A stretch of DNA of 64,000 nucleotides from Minisyncoccia bacterium (GCA_044228545.1 JBGAUR010000001.1:450-64449); one strand, 5' to 3'. Shown: positions 9,772 to 18,709, counted from the stretch's first letter. Numbers and translations: made by a program. The notes: generated by a model from the letters alone, not told the origin.

Positions 9772-10368
9772 TTAATCTATTTTGACTTTTATAATTCCAG
9801 TCAAGTTCTCACTTGATAAATAACCACACCATTTTTCTAAATCTGGAATATCTATTTTTATTGGTATTTCTGGCTTAGTAAATATTACTATATTTTTATA
9901 GCTTTTCTTTATTACTTCTTCTTTTGCTACACAATTATCTATGTGGCCAGAAAATATTATCTTATTTAAGCCCAAACAGGAATCAAAAACTTGTTTACTG
10001 AATGCTTCAATATTTTTTACAAGAACGACTCTATCTTTTATATCTTCCAAATTTTTTACAGCATTAATAAAAAGATCTTCATTGCCACTATCTAAAATTA
10101 TTACCTGGCTATCTCGATGATTCTCTAAATCTTCAGTTGAATTAACAAAGGCTAAGGTTGTATGTTTATTACCTATCTGTTCTAAAAAGTTATCTTTAGC
10201 CATAGGAAAGGCTGTAAAAAATAATATTTTTGAACCAGATAAAAATAAATCTTTGATGAGGGTAATAGTAAAATGAGAACCTCCAGATTTTTCTCCATAT
10301 ATAACTAAATAAGGTAAATCTTTTTCTTGTATTTTATATTCATTACCATTAAGTAGTACCTGGTTCAT
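9772..10368 (-). CDS. Hypothetical protein, possible degenerate P-loop fold
   Basis: LVIYGEKSGGSHF resembles a decayed Walker A; tightly coupled to pyrH. Confidence 0.5.
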   Translation of the reverse strand: MNQVLLNGNEYKIQEKDLPYLVIYGEKSGGSHFTITLIKDLFLSGSKILFFTAFPMAKDNFLEQIGNKHTTLAFVNSTEDLENHRDSQVIILDSGNEDLFINAVKNLEDIKDRVVLVKNIEAFSKQVFDSCLGLNKIIFSGHIDNCVAKEEVIKKSYKNIVIFTKPEIPIKIDIPDLEKWCGYLSSENLTGIIKVKID

Positions 10369-10372
10369 ATAT

Positions 10373-11059
10373 TTATTTTATAACAGTTCCAATAAAGTCT
10401 TCACTATTGAGATATTTTTTAAGATTCTCTATATTTTTTCCGTTTAAGATTGAGACTTCAAGACCAAGCTCTTCGGCTTTTGCTGCAGCTACTGGATCAA
10501 AAGGAGCATTGAGTCCTGGATTCCACTCTGTTGGCAATATTGCTCGGAAATCTGCCCAAGAGCTTTGTTTTATAATCTCGGCATCTGGGAACTTTTTCGG
10601 GTCCTTATTATAAGCATAATCAATATTTGAAAGGTTTATTACCTTTTTTGCTCCTACGCTACCTGCTGCATGGACTGCTGCAAGGTCGCTACTATTACCT
10701 GGCTTCCAGCCTGCTCCTATAAGCACTGGTTTATCTGTACTGGGAATACTATCTGGATCCATGATTATAGAGCTATGAGCAATATTACCAAATCCAGTTC
10801 TTATAAGCTCTGCGTTCATACGTGTAGCTGCGATACCAATCCAATCGAGATCATCATGACTAGGAGTCACTATCTCCTTTGATGCAGCTATATAAGTACG
10901 GGCAGTGTGTCCCCCACCTGTAATAATTACAAATTTAAAACCTTTTTCTACGTATTGATTTATAGTTTCTATAAATTGTTTTATAAAAATAGTATCAATA
11001 TCATTTGGCACGATAAGCGAACCACCGAGAGATATTACGATGTGCTTATCAGTTTCCAT
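10373..11059 (-). CDS. pyrH: UMP kinase, archaeal-type
   Basis: ISLGGSL, TGGG..AR.YI, GIAATRMNA, PG.SSD, YNKDPKK, PFDPVA. Confidence 0.9.
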   Translation of the reverse strand: METDKHIVISLGGSLIVPNDIDTIFIKQFIETINQYVEKGFKFVIITGGGHTARTYIAASKEIVTPSHDDLDWIGIAATRMNAELIRTGFGNIAHSSIIMDPDSIPSTDKPVLIGAGWKPGNSSDLAAVHAAGSVGAKKVINLSNIDYAYNKDPKKFPDAEIIKQSSWADFRAILPTEWNPGLNAPFDPVAAAKAEELGLEVSILNGKNIENLKKYLNSEDFIGTVIK

Positions 11060-11060
11060 A

Positions 11061-11654
11061 TTAGAGTCCTAGAGTTTTAATTAATTCTTTATGGACGTCT
11101 TCGACTGATTGCTCACCATTGATAGTATAAATAGTATAACCACCTTTATCTTTAAAATAATACATGGCAGGGACAACATTGTTTACATATTCATCAAAAC
11201 GCTTTGCGATGCCCTCGTCTGTGTCGTCACTGCGAGCGCGAAGTTTCATTCGTTTAATTGCTTCTTCTTTTTCAACTTTAATATATACAACCTTAATATC
11301 ACTTCTACTATAAAAATCCATAGCCGCTTCAAAAACTTCAGACTGAGTAACTGTGCGAGGGAAACCATCTACCATCAAATGAGTATCTTCTCCAAGCGAT
11401 GAGACTAAAATGTTGGTAAATAAACTAATGGTTAAAAAATTTGGTTGGAGCCAACCTTGTTCAAGAGTAGTCTGTACCAATTTCCCAGTATAACTACCCC
11501 CTGCAATAAGTTTTCTAAACTCTGAACCCGGGTAAGCAAGAGTGATTTGGGCATTTGGATCTTTTTCTTTTAAATATTTCTGTAGAAGCTCAATCTGAGT
11601 ACCTTTACCAGAGCCTGCTATACCAAAGAAAAGAAATGTATGTGGTTTATTCAT
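11061..11654 (-). CDS. adk: Adenylate kinase (short LID)
   Basis: GIAGSGKGTQ, DGFPR, RSDD; follows secY. Confidence 0.85.
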   Translation of the reverse strand: MNKPHTFLFFGIAGSGKGTQIELLQKYLKEKDPNAQITLAYPGSEFRKLIAGGSYTGKLVQTTLEQGWLQPNFLTISLFTNILVSSLGEDTHLMVDGFPRTVTQSEVFEAAMDFYSRSDIKVVYIKVEKEEAIKRMKLRARSDDTDEGIAKRFDEYVNNVVPAMYYFKDKGGYTIYTINGEQSVEDVHKELIKTLGL

Positions 11655-11714
11655 ATGTTTATATTATATACTAATTACTTCCATATTAAAAAAGACCTCA
11701 TTGTAAGGTCTTTT

Positions 11715-12986
11715 TTAATATTCTCTCATTGAAAGCTGAGCTTCGACTTTCTTAATCAAATCAAGAACGACTGACACGACGATTAGAAGCGCTGTACCTC
11801 CGATAGCAAAAGCAGAAATTCCCGTGACAGATTTAACGATAAGAGGTAAGACCGCTATGAGACCGAGGAATATTGCACCCATTAGAGTAATACGATTTAG
11901 AATTTTAGCTATATAGTCTCGAGTTGCAGTACCTGGTCTAATCCCTGGAACGAATGCACCATTTTTCTGTAGATTTGTAGAGAGTTGATCTGGATCGAAA
12001 GTCACTGCTGTATAGAAGTAAGTAAATAAAAATACAAATATAAAGTAAGCTAGTGAATAAAGCCAAGTATTATTCACAAACCAAAGTAATCCTTTTGAAA
12101 TACTTAGAAGAGTAGCGTTAGCACTTGTTGCTAAGAAATTTCCAATTAGTTGAGGGAAAAGAAGTATTGATAGAGCAAAGATTATCGGGATAACACCAGC
12201 TTGATTCACGCGTAGAGGTAAATATGTCTGAGTACCTCCAGAAACCTTGTCTCCATGCATCTGTCGTGCATAAGTCACCGGGATTGGTCGCTCTGCTTCA
12301 GTAACAACTACAACACCAGCGACAATAGCAACTCCAACAGCTAAGAATAGGATATATGTTGGAAGATTCGCCATATCAAAGGTAAACAGGAATTGTGAAA
12401 TCTCTGTCGGAATATTTGCAACGATACCGGCAAAGATTATGAGAGATACTCCATTACCAATACCAAATTCAGAAATAAGTTCACCGATCCACATTATGAG
12501 CATTGATCCAGCCACAATTACTGATACGTTGGCAATCATTCCGAACAAATCTACATCTCCAAGAATTCCTTGGCGCTTTAAAAGTATTAAAAGACTTAGC
12601 CCTTGAATTATCGCAAGAGGGATAGTAAGAGTGCGACTGATTTGAGTAAACTTCTTGCGTCCTATTTCTCCATCTTCTTGGTACATTGCTTTCAATCTTG
12701 GGGACATTATAGTAAGAAGTTGCATTATTATAGATGAAGTAATATATGGTCCAACACCAAGCATCAATATAGATAAGTGCGAAAGTCCACCTCCAGTAAA
12801 TATACTAAGAGTACCTAGGAATTGGTTGTTGTTTAGAAAAGCATCGAGTCTCATCTTGTCGATACCTGGGATTGGAATACCTGAAAGTAGACGAAACACA
12901 ATAAGAGCAACTAACACAAATAAGACACGAGATCTAAGTGTCTTATCTGTAAATATAGTTTTTATTTTATTCCAAACGGTTTCCAT
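11715..12986 (-). CDS. secY: Preprotein translocase SecY
   Basis: LGVGPYITSSIIMQLL, GIGNGVSLIIF, FVPGIRPG. Confidence 0.97.
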   Translation of the reverse strand: METVWNKIKTIFTDKTLRSRVLFVLVALIVFRLLSGIPIPGIDKMRLDAFLNNNQFLGTLSIFTGGGLSHLSILMLGVGPYITSSIIMQLLTIMSPRLKAMYQEDGEIGRKKFTQISRTLTIPLAIIQGLSLLILLKRQGILGDVDLFGMIANVSVIVAGSMLIMWIGELISEFGIGNGVSLIIFAGIVANIPTEISQFLFTFDMANLPTYILFLAVGVAIVAGVVVVTEAERPIPVTYARQMHGDKVSGGTQTYLPLRVNQAGVIPIIFALSILLFPQLIGNFLATSANATLLSISKGLLWFVNNTWLYSLAYFIFVFLFTYFYTAVTFDPDQLSTNLQKNGAFVPGIRPGTATRDYIAKILNRITLMGAIFLGLIAVLPLIVKSVTGISAFAIGGTALLIVVSVVLDLIKKVEAQLSMREY

Positions 12987-12988
12987 AA

Positions 12989-13417
12989 TTATTTTATACT
13001 TCCACCAGCTTTTTCAATTTTCTCCTTTGCAGATGCTGAAACTTTACAACCTACAACAGAAACATTGACTGTGATTTCACCACTACCTAGAATTTTAACT
13101 TTTGGTAGAACTCCACCTAGTTTACGAACAAGCTTCTTTGCAAAAAGAGTCTCAGGATTAACAATTGCTCCTTTTTCAAAAACATTTAATGCACCAACGT
13201 TTACAGGTGAGAACTTTGAGACAGTTGAATTGAATCGGTAGCCACGAAGCTTAGGGAGCTTCTTAATAATATCACGCATTTGTGGGCGACGCTTGTTACC
13301 AGCACGAGCTGTCTGACCTTTGCCTCCACGACCTGAAGTCTTACCTCGAGTACCTCCACGTCCTACAAGGCGAGATTTACGATTTGGATTCTTTCTTTTT
13401 AGTGTATGTAATTGCAT
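12989..13417 (-). CDS. rplO: 50S ribosomal protein L15
   Basis: VGRGG..GKTSGRGGKGQ.AR. Confidence 0.95.
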   Translation of the reverse strand: MQLHTLKRKNPNRKSRLVGRGGTRGKTSGRGGKGQTARAGNKRRPQMRDIIKKLPKLRGYRFNSTVSKFSPVNVGALNVFEKGAIVNPETLFAKKLVRKLGGVLPKVKILGSGEITVNVSVVGCKVSASAKEKIEKAGGSIK

Positions 13418-13424
13418 ATAATTT

Positions 13425-14060
13425 TTATTTAGCGTCTACTACTTCAACCTCTGTTACTCCTGCACTAGCGAGTAGGTCTTTTTCAGAAACTGCGGCTTCA
13501 GCTATAACTTGAGCAATCTTTGGAAGAGCCGCTTTTGCACGTAGTTGATAAAGTGCAGCATAGGCAACACGAGCGTTGTTTAATTTATTCTTACTACCAG
13601 AGCGAAGTTTTGCAGTAACATTTTTGATACCTGCAAGTGTAAGCATGTCGCGAACAGTACTACCAGCAACTAAACCTTTTCCATGGTTTGGCATAATTGA
13701 AAGCTTTGAACTTGAAAATTTATCGTGAACCTCATGCATTATAGACATATCTTTTGTAGTTTTTATCTTGAACATGTTCTTCTTTGCTTGACGAAGAGCT
13801 TTAGCGATAGCTACTGCTGTGTCTCCTCCTTTTCCTGTACCAAGACCAACAGAACCTTTCTTGTCCCCTATAGCAATTGCAACAGCAAATGTCATACGAC
13901 GTCCTCCTGCAACAACGCGAGTAACGCGACGAATAGAAACCATCTTCTGATCAAATTCTGGTTTTGGACGCTCGAAGAAAGTGCGTGGCTTTCTATCACC
14001 ACCTTCTTTTCGTGGTCCTGACCCTCTAGTATTATTTGTTTTAGGTTTTGTTGTATCCAT
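13425..14060 (-). CDS. rpsE: 30S ribosomal protein S5
   Basis: IRRVTRVVAGGRRMTF. Confidence 0.95.
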   Translation of the reverse strand: MDTTKPKTNNTRGSGPRKEGGDRKPRTFFERPKPEFDQKMVSIRRVTRVVAGGRRMTFAVAIAIGDKKGSVGLGTGKGGDTAVAIAKALRQAKKNMFKIKTTKDMSIMHEVHDKFSSSKLSIMPNHGKGLVAGSTVRDMLTLAGIKNVTAKLRSGSKNKLNNARVAYAALYQLRAKAALPKIAQVIAEAAVSEKDLLASAGVTEVEVVDAK

Positions 14061-14069
14061 ATATTTATA

Positions 14070-14414
14070 TTAAAATTCTAAACCAGAACTTCTAGCAGAA
14101 TCTGCAAGTGCTTTCACGCGACCAGTGTATTTAAAACCATTGCGATCAAAAACAACTTTTTTGATCCCCTTTTCATTTGCAAGCTTTGCAACATTTGCAC
14201 CGACTAGAACTGAGCGCTCTGTCTTTGTGCCTTTCTTTGCGTCCATATCAGAAGCAGAAACTACAGTGACATGTTTTGAATCATCAATAATTTGAGCATA
14301 AATGAATTGGTTTGATCGGAATACTGAAAAACGTGGTCGCTCTGTTGTACCAAGAATCTTTGTACGAATCTTTTTCTTTAATCTTATTCTTTTTTCTGCT
14401 TTTTTGTTCATCAT
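14070..14414 (-). CDS. rplR: 50S ribosomal protein L18
   Basis: [23 protein letters not shown]. Confidence 0.95.
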   Translation of the reverse strand: MMNKKAEKRIRLKKKIRTKILGTTERPRFSVFRSNQFIYAQIIDDSKHVTVVSASDMDAKKGTKTERSVLVGANVAKLANEKGIKKVVFDRNGFKYTGRVKALADSARSSGLEF

Positions 14415-14426
14415 AAAATAAAATTA

Positions 14427-14963
14427 TTATGCGGCTTTCTTACCTTGCTTACGACGGATAACTTCACCAACATATCTGAAACCTTTACCTTTGTAAGGTT
14501 CTGGTTTTTTCATTGATCGGACAGAAGCAGCAAATTGGCCAACTAGTTCTTTATCAATACCAGATATAGCAATGATATTTTTATCAGCAGTAACAGTAAG
14601 ACCTTGTGGGATTGGTACTTTAACAGGGTGAGAAAATCCTAGAGCAAGGTTTAGTGTAGTACCAGCAACATCTGATTTGAATCCAACTCCTTCTAGAACA
14701 AGACTCTTTGTATAACCATTGTTTACACCTTCTACCATGTTTTTAACATGTGAAGCGTATGTTCCCCATAGTGCATTGATTGTACGATCACCTGTTTTGT
14801 TTGGAGTAAAAGTTATCTCACTACCATTTATATTTATTGTGACAGGACCTGAGAAGTCACGTGATAGAGTTCCTTTTGGACCTTTCACAGAAAGAGTAGT
14901 ACCAGAGAGTTTTACTTCTGTACCATTTGGGATCATAACTGTTTGTTTTCCTATACGTGACAT
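14427..14963 (-). CDS. rplF: 50S ribosomal protein L6
   Basis: MSRIGK, LGFSHPV, PEPYKGKG. Confidence 0.97.
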   Translation of the reverse strand: MSRIGKQTVMIPNGTEVKLSGTTLSVKGPKGTLSRDFSGPVTININGSEITFTPNKTGDRTINALWGTYASHVKNMVEGVNNGYTKSLVLEGVGFKSDVAGTTLNLALGFSHPVKVPIPQGLTVTADKNIIAISGIDKELVGQFAASVRSMKKPEPYKGKGFRYVGEVIRRKQGKKAA

Positions 14964-14972
14964 ATAATTTAA

Positions 14973-15350
14973 TTACCAAACTTTAAATAAAACTTCCCCG
15001 CCGACCATCTCCTTGCGAGCTTGTTTATCTGTCAAAATTCCTTTTGGTGTAGTCATAACAGTAAGACCATAAGAACGCTTTATATCTTTAACTCCTTTAT
15101 AAACACGGCATGAAGATTTTGAAACTCTCTCTGCTCCTTTTACTTTTGGCATACCATCTACGTAAACGATTCCAATTTCAAGGGTTGGCATTCCTTTCTT
15201 CATCTTTTTAGTAACAGAAGAAACATAACCTTCTTTCATAAGGCATTCTGCGATTGATTCTTTGATTTTTGAATAAGGAACGGTTACAGACTCATGTTCT
15301 GCAACACCAGCATTCTTTATCATATTTATCATGTTTGCGATTTGATCCAT
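14973..15350 (-). CDS. rpsH: 30S ribosomal protein S8
   Basis: DQIANM..IKNA, TPKGILTDKQAR..VGGEVL. Confidence 0.95.
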   Translation of the reverse strand: MDQIANMINMIKNAGVAEHESVTVPYSKIKESIAECLMKEGYVSSVTKKMKKGMPTLEIGIVYVDGMPKVKGAERVSKSSCRVYKGVKDIKRSYGLTVMTTPKGILTDKQARKEMVGGEVLFKVW

Positions 15351-15362
15351 ATATATTGTTTA

Positions 15363-15548
15363 TTACCAACTAGATTTACGAACACCTGGAAGCATACCTT
15401 CGTTTGCAAGTTCACGGAAACATATACGGCATAGGCCGAAATCTCTCATATAAGCATGGCCTCTTCCACAGCGAAAACAACGATTTGTCTCTCGTGTTGA
15501 AAACTTAGATTTCTTATGATGTCTTGCTAAAACTGATGTTTTTGCCAT
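15363..15548 (-). CDS. rpsN: 30S ribosomal protein S14, zinc-binding (type Z)
   Basis: [25 protein letters not shown]. Confidence 0.95.
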   Translation of the reverse strand: MAKTSVLARHHKKSKFSTRETNRCFRCGRGHAYMRDFGLCRICFRELANEGMLPGVRKSSW

Positions 15549-15562
15549 ATATAAAAATGATC

Positions 15563-15684
15563 GTTCTTAATCGAGTGATGTCTTGTGTCTTTTCTTAAAG
15601 CCTTTATTTATGCCTTAAGGAGAAACACAGATCCTCTCAATACCGAACTTCCCCTATACTATCAGATACCCCCTTTTGTGTCAA
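15563..15684 (-). promoter_or_regulatory. Internal promoter and structured leader of the rpsN-secY segment
   Basis: TTGACA-17-TAGTAT (15684-15656); nested stems TTGAG/CTCGA, TGTGTTT/AGACACA, TTAAGGC/GCTTTAA. Confidence 0.6.
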
Positions 15685-15700
15685 ATAACAAAGATCGGGC

Positions 15701-15730
15701 TTGCATTAGAATTAAGCCATGTAGTATAAT
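15701..15730 (+). promoter_or_regulatory. Sigma70-type promoter of the antisense cassette
   Basis: TTGCAT-18-TATAAT, back-to-back with the rpsN promoter. Confidence 0.65.
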
Positions 15731-15770
15731 GTAACGGTATTTGACAAACAGGGGTGGTTCCCTAATAAAC

Positions 15771-15954
15771 GAGATTCCGAAACAGTAACCTGTTTCAAGT
15801 GTGGCGTGGGTCTTAAAAAACCATACGCCAAGTGCGTATTCCCGTAAAAAGGAATCTCACCTACGTCACACTTGGTACAGGTTTTTTATTTATCTCGTAT
15901 TTCCTAATAGCAACTAACGAAAGTTAGTTGGTTGTTATAAAGGGGATGCGAGAT
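15771..15954 (+). ncRNA. Candidate riboswitch/attenuator-like structured RNA
   Basis: Mutually exclusive helix sets and a 25-bp stem with U-tract; second long hairpin with GAAA tetraloop; G-U wobbles fit the + strand. Confidence 0.6.
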
Positions 15955-16015
15955 TAACATAATCCAGAACGACATCCTGAAATTCTGGTAGGTGGTGACC
16001 GAAATACACTAAAAA

Positions 16016-16180
16016 ATGTCAGCAAAATTTGCTAGATGTTTTCCAGGAGATGAAGGCAATATTATTTGTCAGCATTGGAATGGAAGCTGGATTGTCTTCC
16101 CAGGTGGTAGTGAAGACCAGACGGAGAAAAGAAAACGCCTCCGTGTCACAAGGACAAAGAAGCGTTTTCAACAAGTATAA
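16016..16180 (+). CDS. Small 54-aa ORF downstream of the structured leader
   Basis: Own translation MSAKFARCFPGDEGNIICQHWNGSWIVFPGGSEDQTEKRKRLRVTRTKKRFQQV; A-rich context before ATG; stop is 13 nt before a terminator. Confidence 0.45.
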   Translation: MSAKFARCFPGDEGNIICQHWNGSWIVFPGGSEDQTEKRKRLRVTRTKKRFQQV

Positions 16181-16193
16181 GGCTATAAACCTT

Positions 16194-16233
16194 TACAAGG
16201 CACTCTCAAGAAATTGGGGGTGCTTTGTATTTA
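16194..16233 (+). terminator. Terminator of the antisense cassette
   Basis: TACAAGGCACTCTCAA-GAAA-TTGGGGGTGCTTTGTA, 16-bp stem with G-U pairs, then TTTA. Confidence 0.7.
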
Positions 16234-16336
16234 TATTATATCTCAACAAAGGGATCTAACGTAAGTACCCTTTGTAAACTTTATGGGGATATCTTATATT
16301 AAGACTCTCAGTATGTCAAATAACTCTTATCCAAGC

Positions 16337-16726
16337 TTATATTTTAAACAATAAATAGTTAAATAATAATATATACCCATATATTAAAAAGATTATTTTT
16401 AGTATAAAAAATACCCACCCAGGTAAACTTAACCATTCACTAGATTTAATATCAGCTTCTGTGTTGCCCCCATTCTTGTATTCGTGAAAGGTAAAAAAGA
16501 AAAACCAGATCAAAGATGATACTAAATATTGAATAAAATCAAAAAATAAGCTTGAAATAAATAAAGATAAGGGCATTATGAGTTCTTCAGGAATTAACGG
16601 TTTGTCAAATTTAGTAATCTTAAAAATCCAAATTATTGCTATTCCAGCTAAAGATAATTGCCTAGCAATATTACTAGTCTTTTCTGTAAATTCATATGAA
16701 TCATTTTTATACTCTTTTAGTTGCAT
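16337..16726 (-). CDS. Small 3-TM membrane protein inserted in the spc operon
   Basis: SNIARQLSLAGIAIIWIFK and two further hydrophobic segments; very AT-rich. Confidence 0.7.
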   Translation of the reverse strand: MQLKEYKNDSYEFTEKTSNIARQLSLAGIAIIWIFKITKFDKPLIPEELIMPLSLFISSLFFDFIQYLVSSLIWFFFFTFHEYKNGGNTEADIKSSEWLSLPGWVFFILKIIFLIYGYILLFNYLLFKI

Positions 16727-16839
16727 GTTTTTCTGGGGCCAGTGTGATCTGTACCTTTTCTACCTGAATACTTTCTTAAAACAAACTTACCATTTATAGA
16801 ACCACGCCTAATAGCTTTTTTTGATTTCTTCTTTGCCAT
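16717..16839 (-). CDS. 40-aa basic peptide
   Basis: Own translation MAKKKSKKAIRRGSINGKFVLRKYSGRKGTDHTGPRKTCN; overlaps the next start by 10 nt. Confidence 0.5.
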   Translation of the reverse strand: MAKKKSKKAIRRGSINGKFVLRKYSGRKGTDHTGPRKTCN

Positions 16840-16849
16840 ACATAAATAT

Positions 16850-16879
16850 TAACATAAAATCCCCTTTCGGGGATTTTAT
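16850..16879 (-). terminator. Terminator after rplE (identical to 2606-2635)
   Basis: ATAAAATCCCC-GAAA-GGGGATTTTAT. Confidence 0.75.
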
Positions 16880-16887
16880 GAGGAGGT

Positions 16888-17427
16888 CTATTTTTTGAAC
16901 GGGACACCGATCATTTCAAAGAAGTCTGTTGCTTCGGCTTTGGATTTTGCTGTAGTCACGATTGTGATAGCTAGTCCAAATATATCTTTGATATCTTCGT
17001 CACCTGTCTCTGGAAATATTGTGTGCTCTTTTATTCCGTAAGTCATGTTGCCAATATTGTCCACTACCTTTCTCTCAATTCCACGGAAGTCTTTTGTACG
17101 AGGTATAGCAACATTGATAAGCTTGTCTAGGAATCCATACATGCGAGCTCCACGAAGTGTAACCATCACACCAATTGGATCACCGAGGCGGATCTTGAAT
17201 GTTGCGATAGATTTCTTTGCACCACGAGTTGCAGGCTTCTGACCTGTAATCTTTGCAAGTCGATCCATTATGAATTTATTGCGATCTTTGTCTTTCTTTA
17301 TACCAGTACCTGTACCTGTTGCAATAACAACCTTCACAAGGTGAGGCGCAGCCATAGAGCTCTTGTAGCCGTATTTAGCTTTTAGAGTAGTGTATGCTTT
17401 TTTTTCTTTTTGTTTAACTGTTTCCAT
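16888..17427 (-). CDS. rplE: 50S ribosomal protein L5
   Basis: ITGQKP..AKKSIATFKIR, PRTKDFRG, IFPE. Confidence 0.96.
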   Translation of the reverse strand: METVKQKEKKAYTTLKAKYGYKSSMAAPHLVKVVIATGTGTGIKKDKDRNKFIMDRLAKITGQKPATRGAKKSIATFKIRLGDPIGVMVTLRGARMYGFLDKLINVAIPRTKDFRGIERKVVDNIGNMTYGIKEHTIFPETGDEDIKDIFGLAITIVTTAKSKAEATDFFEMIGVPFKK

Positions 17428-17435
17428 AATATTTT

Positions 17436-17654
17436 TTAGCTAGTCTTTTTAACATTTGATACATTTATTGGCATAGCAATATCTATAACCTGGCTCTGTT
17501 CCCCTTTTTTCATAGCCTTGCGAGATTTCTTGTGCATATTCACTCCTTCAACAATAACTTTGTTTAGGGTTGGCATAGCTTTTACAACCTTACCTTTTTT
17601 GCCTTTACTTGCACCAGCTATAACTATTACATTGTCTCCTTTCTTGATTTTCAT
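17436..17654 (-). CDS. rplX: 50S ribosomal protein L24 (short, 72 aa)
   Basis: IKKGDNVIVIAG..KGKKG KOW motif, VEGVN, PINVSNV. Confidence 0.92.
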   Translation of the reverse strand: MKIKKGDNVIVIAGASKGKKGKVVKAMPTLNKVIVEGVNMHKKSRKAMKKGEQSQVIDIAMPINVSNVKKTS

Positions 17655-17658
17655 AAAA

Positions 17659-18030
17659 TTAAATAACCTCTTGTGCTAAAGAAATAATCTTCTGGTATCC
17701 TCGTTCTGCGAGCTCGCGTGGGATTGGTCCGAATACACGACCCCCTTTTGGATCCATCTTATCTTTTTCCAAAATAACTACAGCATTATCATCAAAACTA
17801 ATGTATGATCCGTCTTTACGTCGGTAAGACTTAACAGTGCGGACAACAACAGCTTGATGAACATCTTTTTTCTTGACTCCTTTACGAGGCTCAGCAATTT
17901 TGACTGAGATAATAACCTTATCTCCTAGTCCAGCATAACGACGCTTGGAAGAACCAAGTACCTTGAAAACTTTTCCGACTTTACCGCCGGCGTTATCTGC
18001 TATATTTACTACTGTTCCATCTTGTATCAT
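17659..18030 (-). CDS. rplN: 50S ribosomal protein L14
   Basis: MIQ..ADNAG, FDDNAVV, RVFGPIPREL. Confidence 0.97.
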   Translation of the reverse strand: MIQDGTVVNIADNAGGKVGKVFKVLGSSKRRYAGLGDKVIISVKIAEPRKGVKKKDVHQAVVVRTVKSYRRKDGSYISFDDNAVVILEKDKMDPKGGRVFGPIPRELAERGYQKIISLAQEVI

Positions 18031-18037
18031 ATAATTT

Positions 18038-18283
18038 TTACGCTACTACTTTAAATTTCTTATCTTTTGATATTGGTCGTGTTTCTTCTATCTCTACGAC
18101 ATCACCAATCTTCTTACTATTGTTCTCGTCGTGAGCTTTGTACTTCTTGGATTTCTTGATTCTCTTGCCGTATTTTGAGTGTTCAACGAATCTTGTAACT
18201 TTTACAACTATAGTCTTATCCATCTTATCTGAGGTAACTACACCTTTTAGAGTTTTATTTGTTTTTTTATTTGTGCTTGTCAT
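18038..18283 (-). CDS. rpsQ: 30S ribosomal protein S17
   Basis: [25 protein letters not shown]; likely ATG at 18283. Confidence 0.95.
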   Translation of the reverse strand: MTSTNKKTNKTLKGVVTSDKMDKTIVVKVTRFVEHSKYGKRIKKSKKYKAHDENNSKKIGDVVEIEETRPISKDKKFKVVA

Positions 18284-18287
18284 ATAA

Positions 18288-18704
18288 TTATCGTGCGACA
18301 ACACGTGTAGTTACTGGTAATTTTGTACCTGCTTTACGCAATGCTTCTTTGGCAACTGCTTCTGGTACACCGTCGACTTCAAATATTACTCGGCCTGGGC
18401 GGATATCTAGACAGTAACCTTGTGGATCACCCTTTCCCTTTCCCATTCCTACTTCTGCTGGCTTTGCTGTAAAAGGTCTATCAGGGAAAATACGAATCCA
18501 CATACGGCCAGTCTTGCCGATTGTACGTGATGTAACCTTACGAGCAGACTCTATCTGGTTTGAACGAATACGGCCACCTTTTGTAGCTTTTAGAGCGTAT
18601 GAACCAAAGGCAATAGTAATACCTCGAGTATCTGGAGTGACTTTCGTCATATCAGTTCTACCTGTTTGCCACTTTCTAAATTTTACTTTTTTAGGTAATA
18701 ACAT
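18288..18704 (-). CDS. rplP: 50S ribosomal protein L16
   Basis: [24 protein letters not shown]. Confidence 0.97.
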   Translation of the reverse strand: MLLPKKVKFRKWQTGRTDMTKVTPDTRGITIAFGSYALKATKGGRIRSNQIESARKVTSRTIGKTGRMWIRIFPDRPFTAKPAEVGMGKGKGDPQGYCLDIRPGRVIFEVDGVPEAVAKEALRKAGTKLPVTTRVVAR

Positions 18705-18709
18705 AAAAA

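Noticed and set aside
15737-16240. RNase P RNA, tmRNA or group I/II intron as identity of the structured region
   Set aside because: No GAGGAAAGUCC, no tRNA-like ends or tag ending in ALAA-like residues, and no recognisable P7 or domain V on either strand
16029-16259. 76-aa + strand ORF from the track
   Set aside because: TTG start and it runs through the terminator hairpin; the ATG-started 54-aa frame ending just before the terminator fits better
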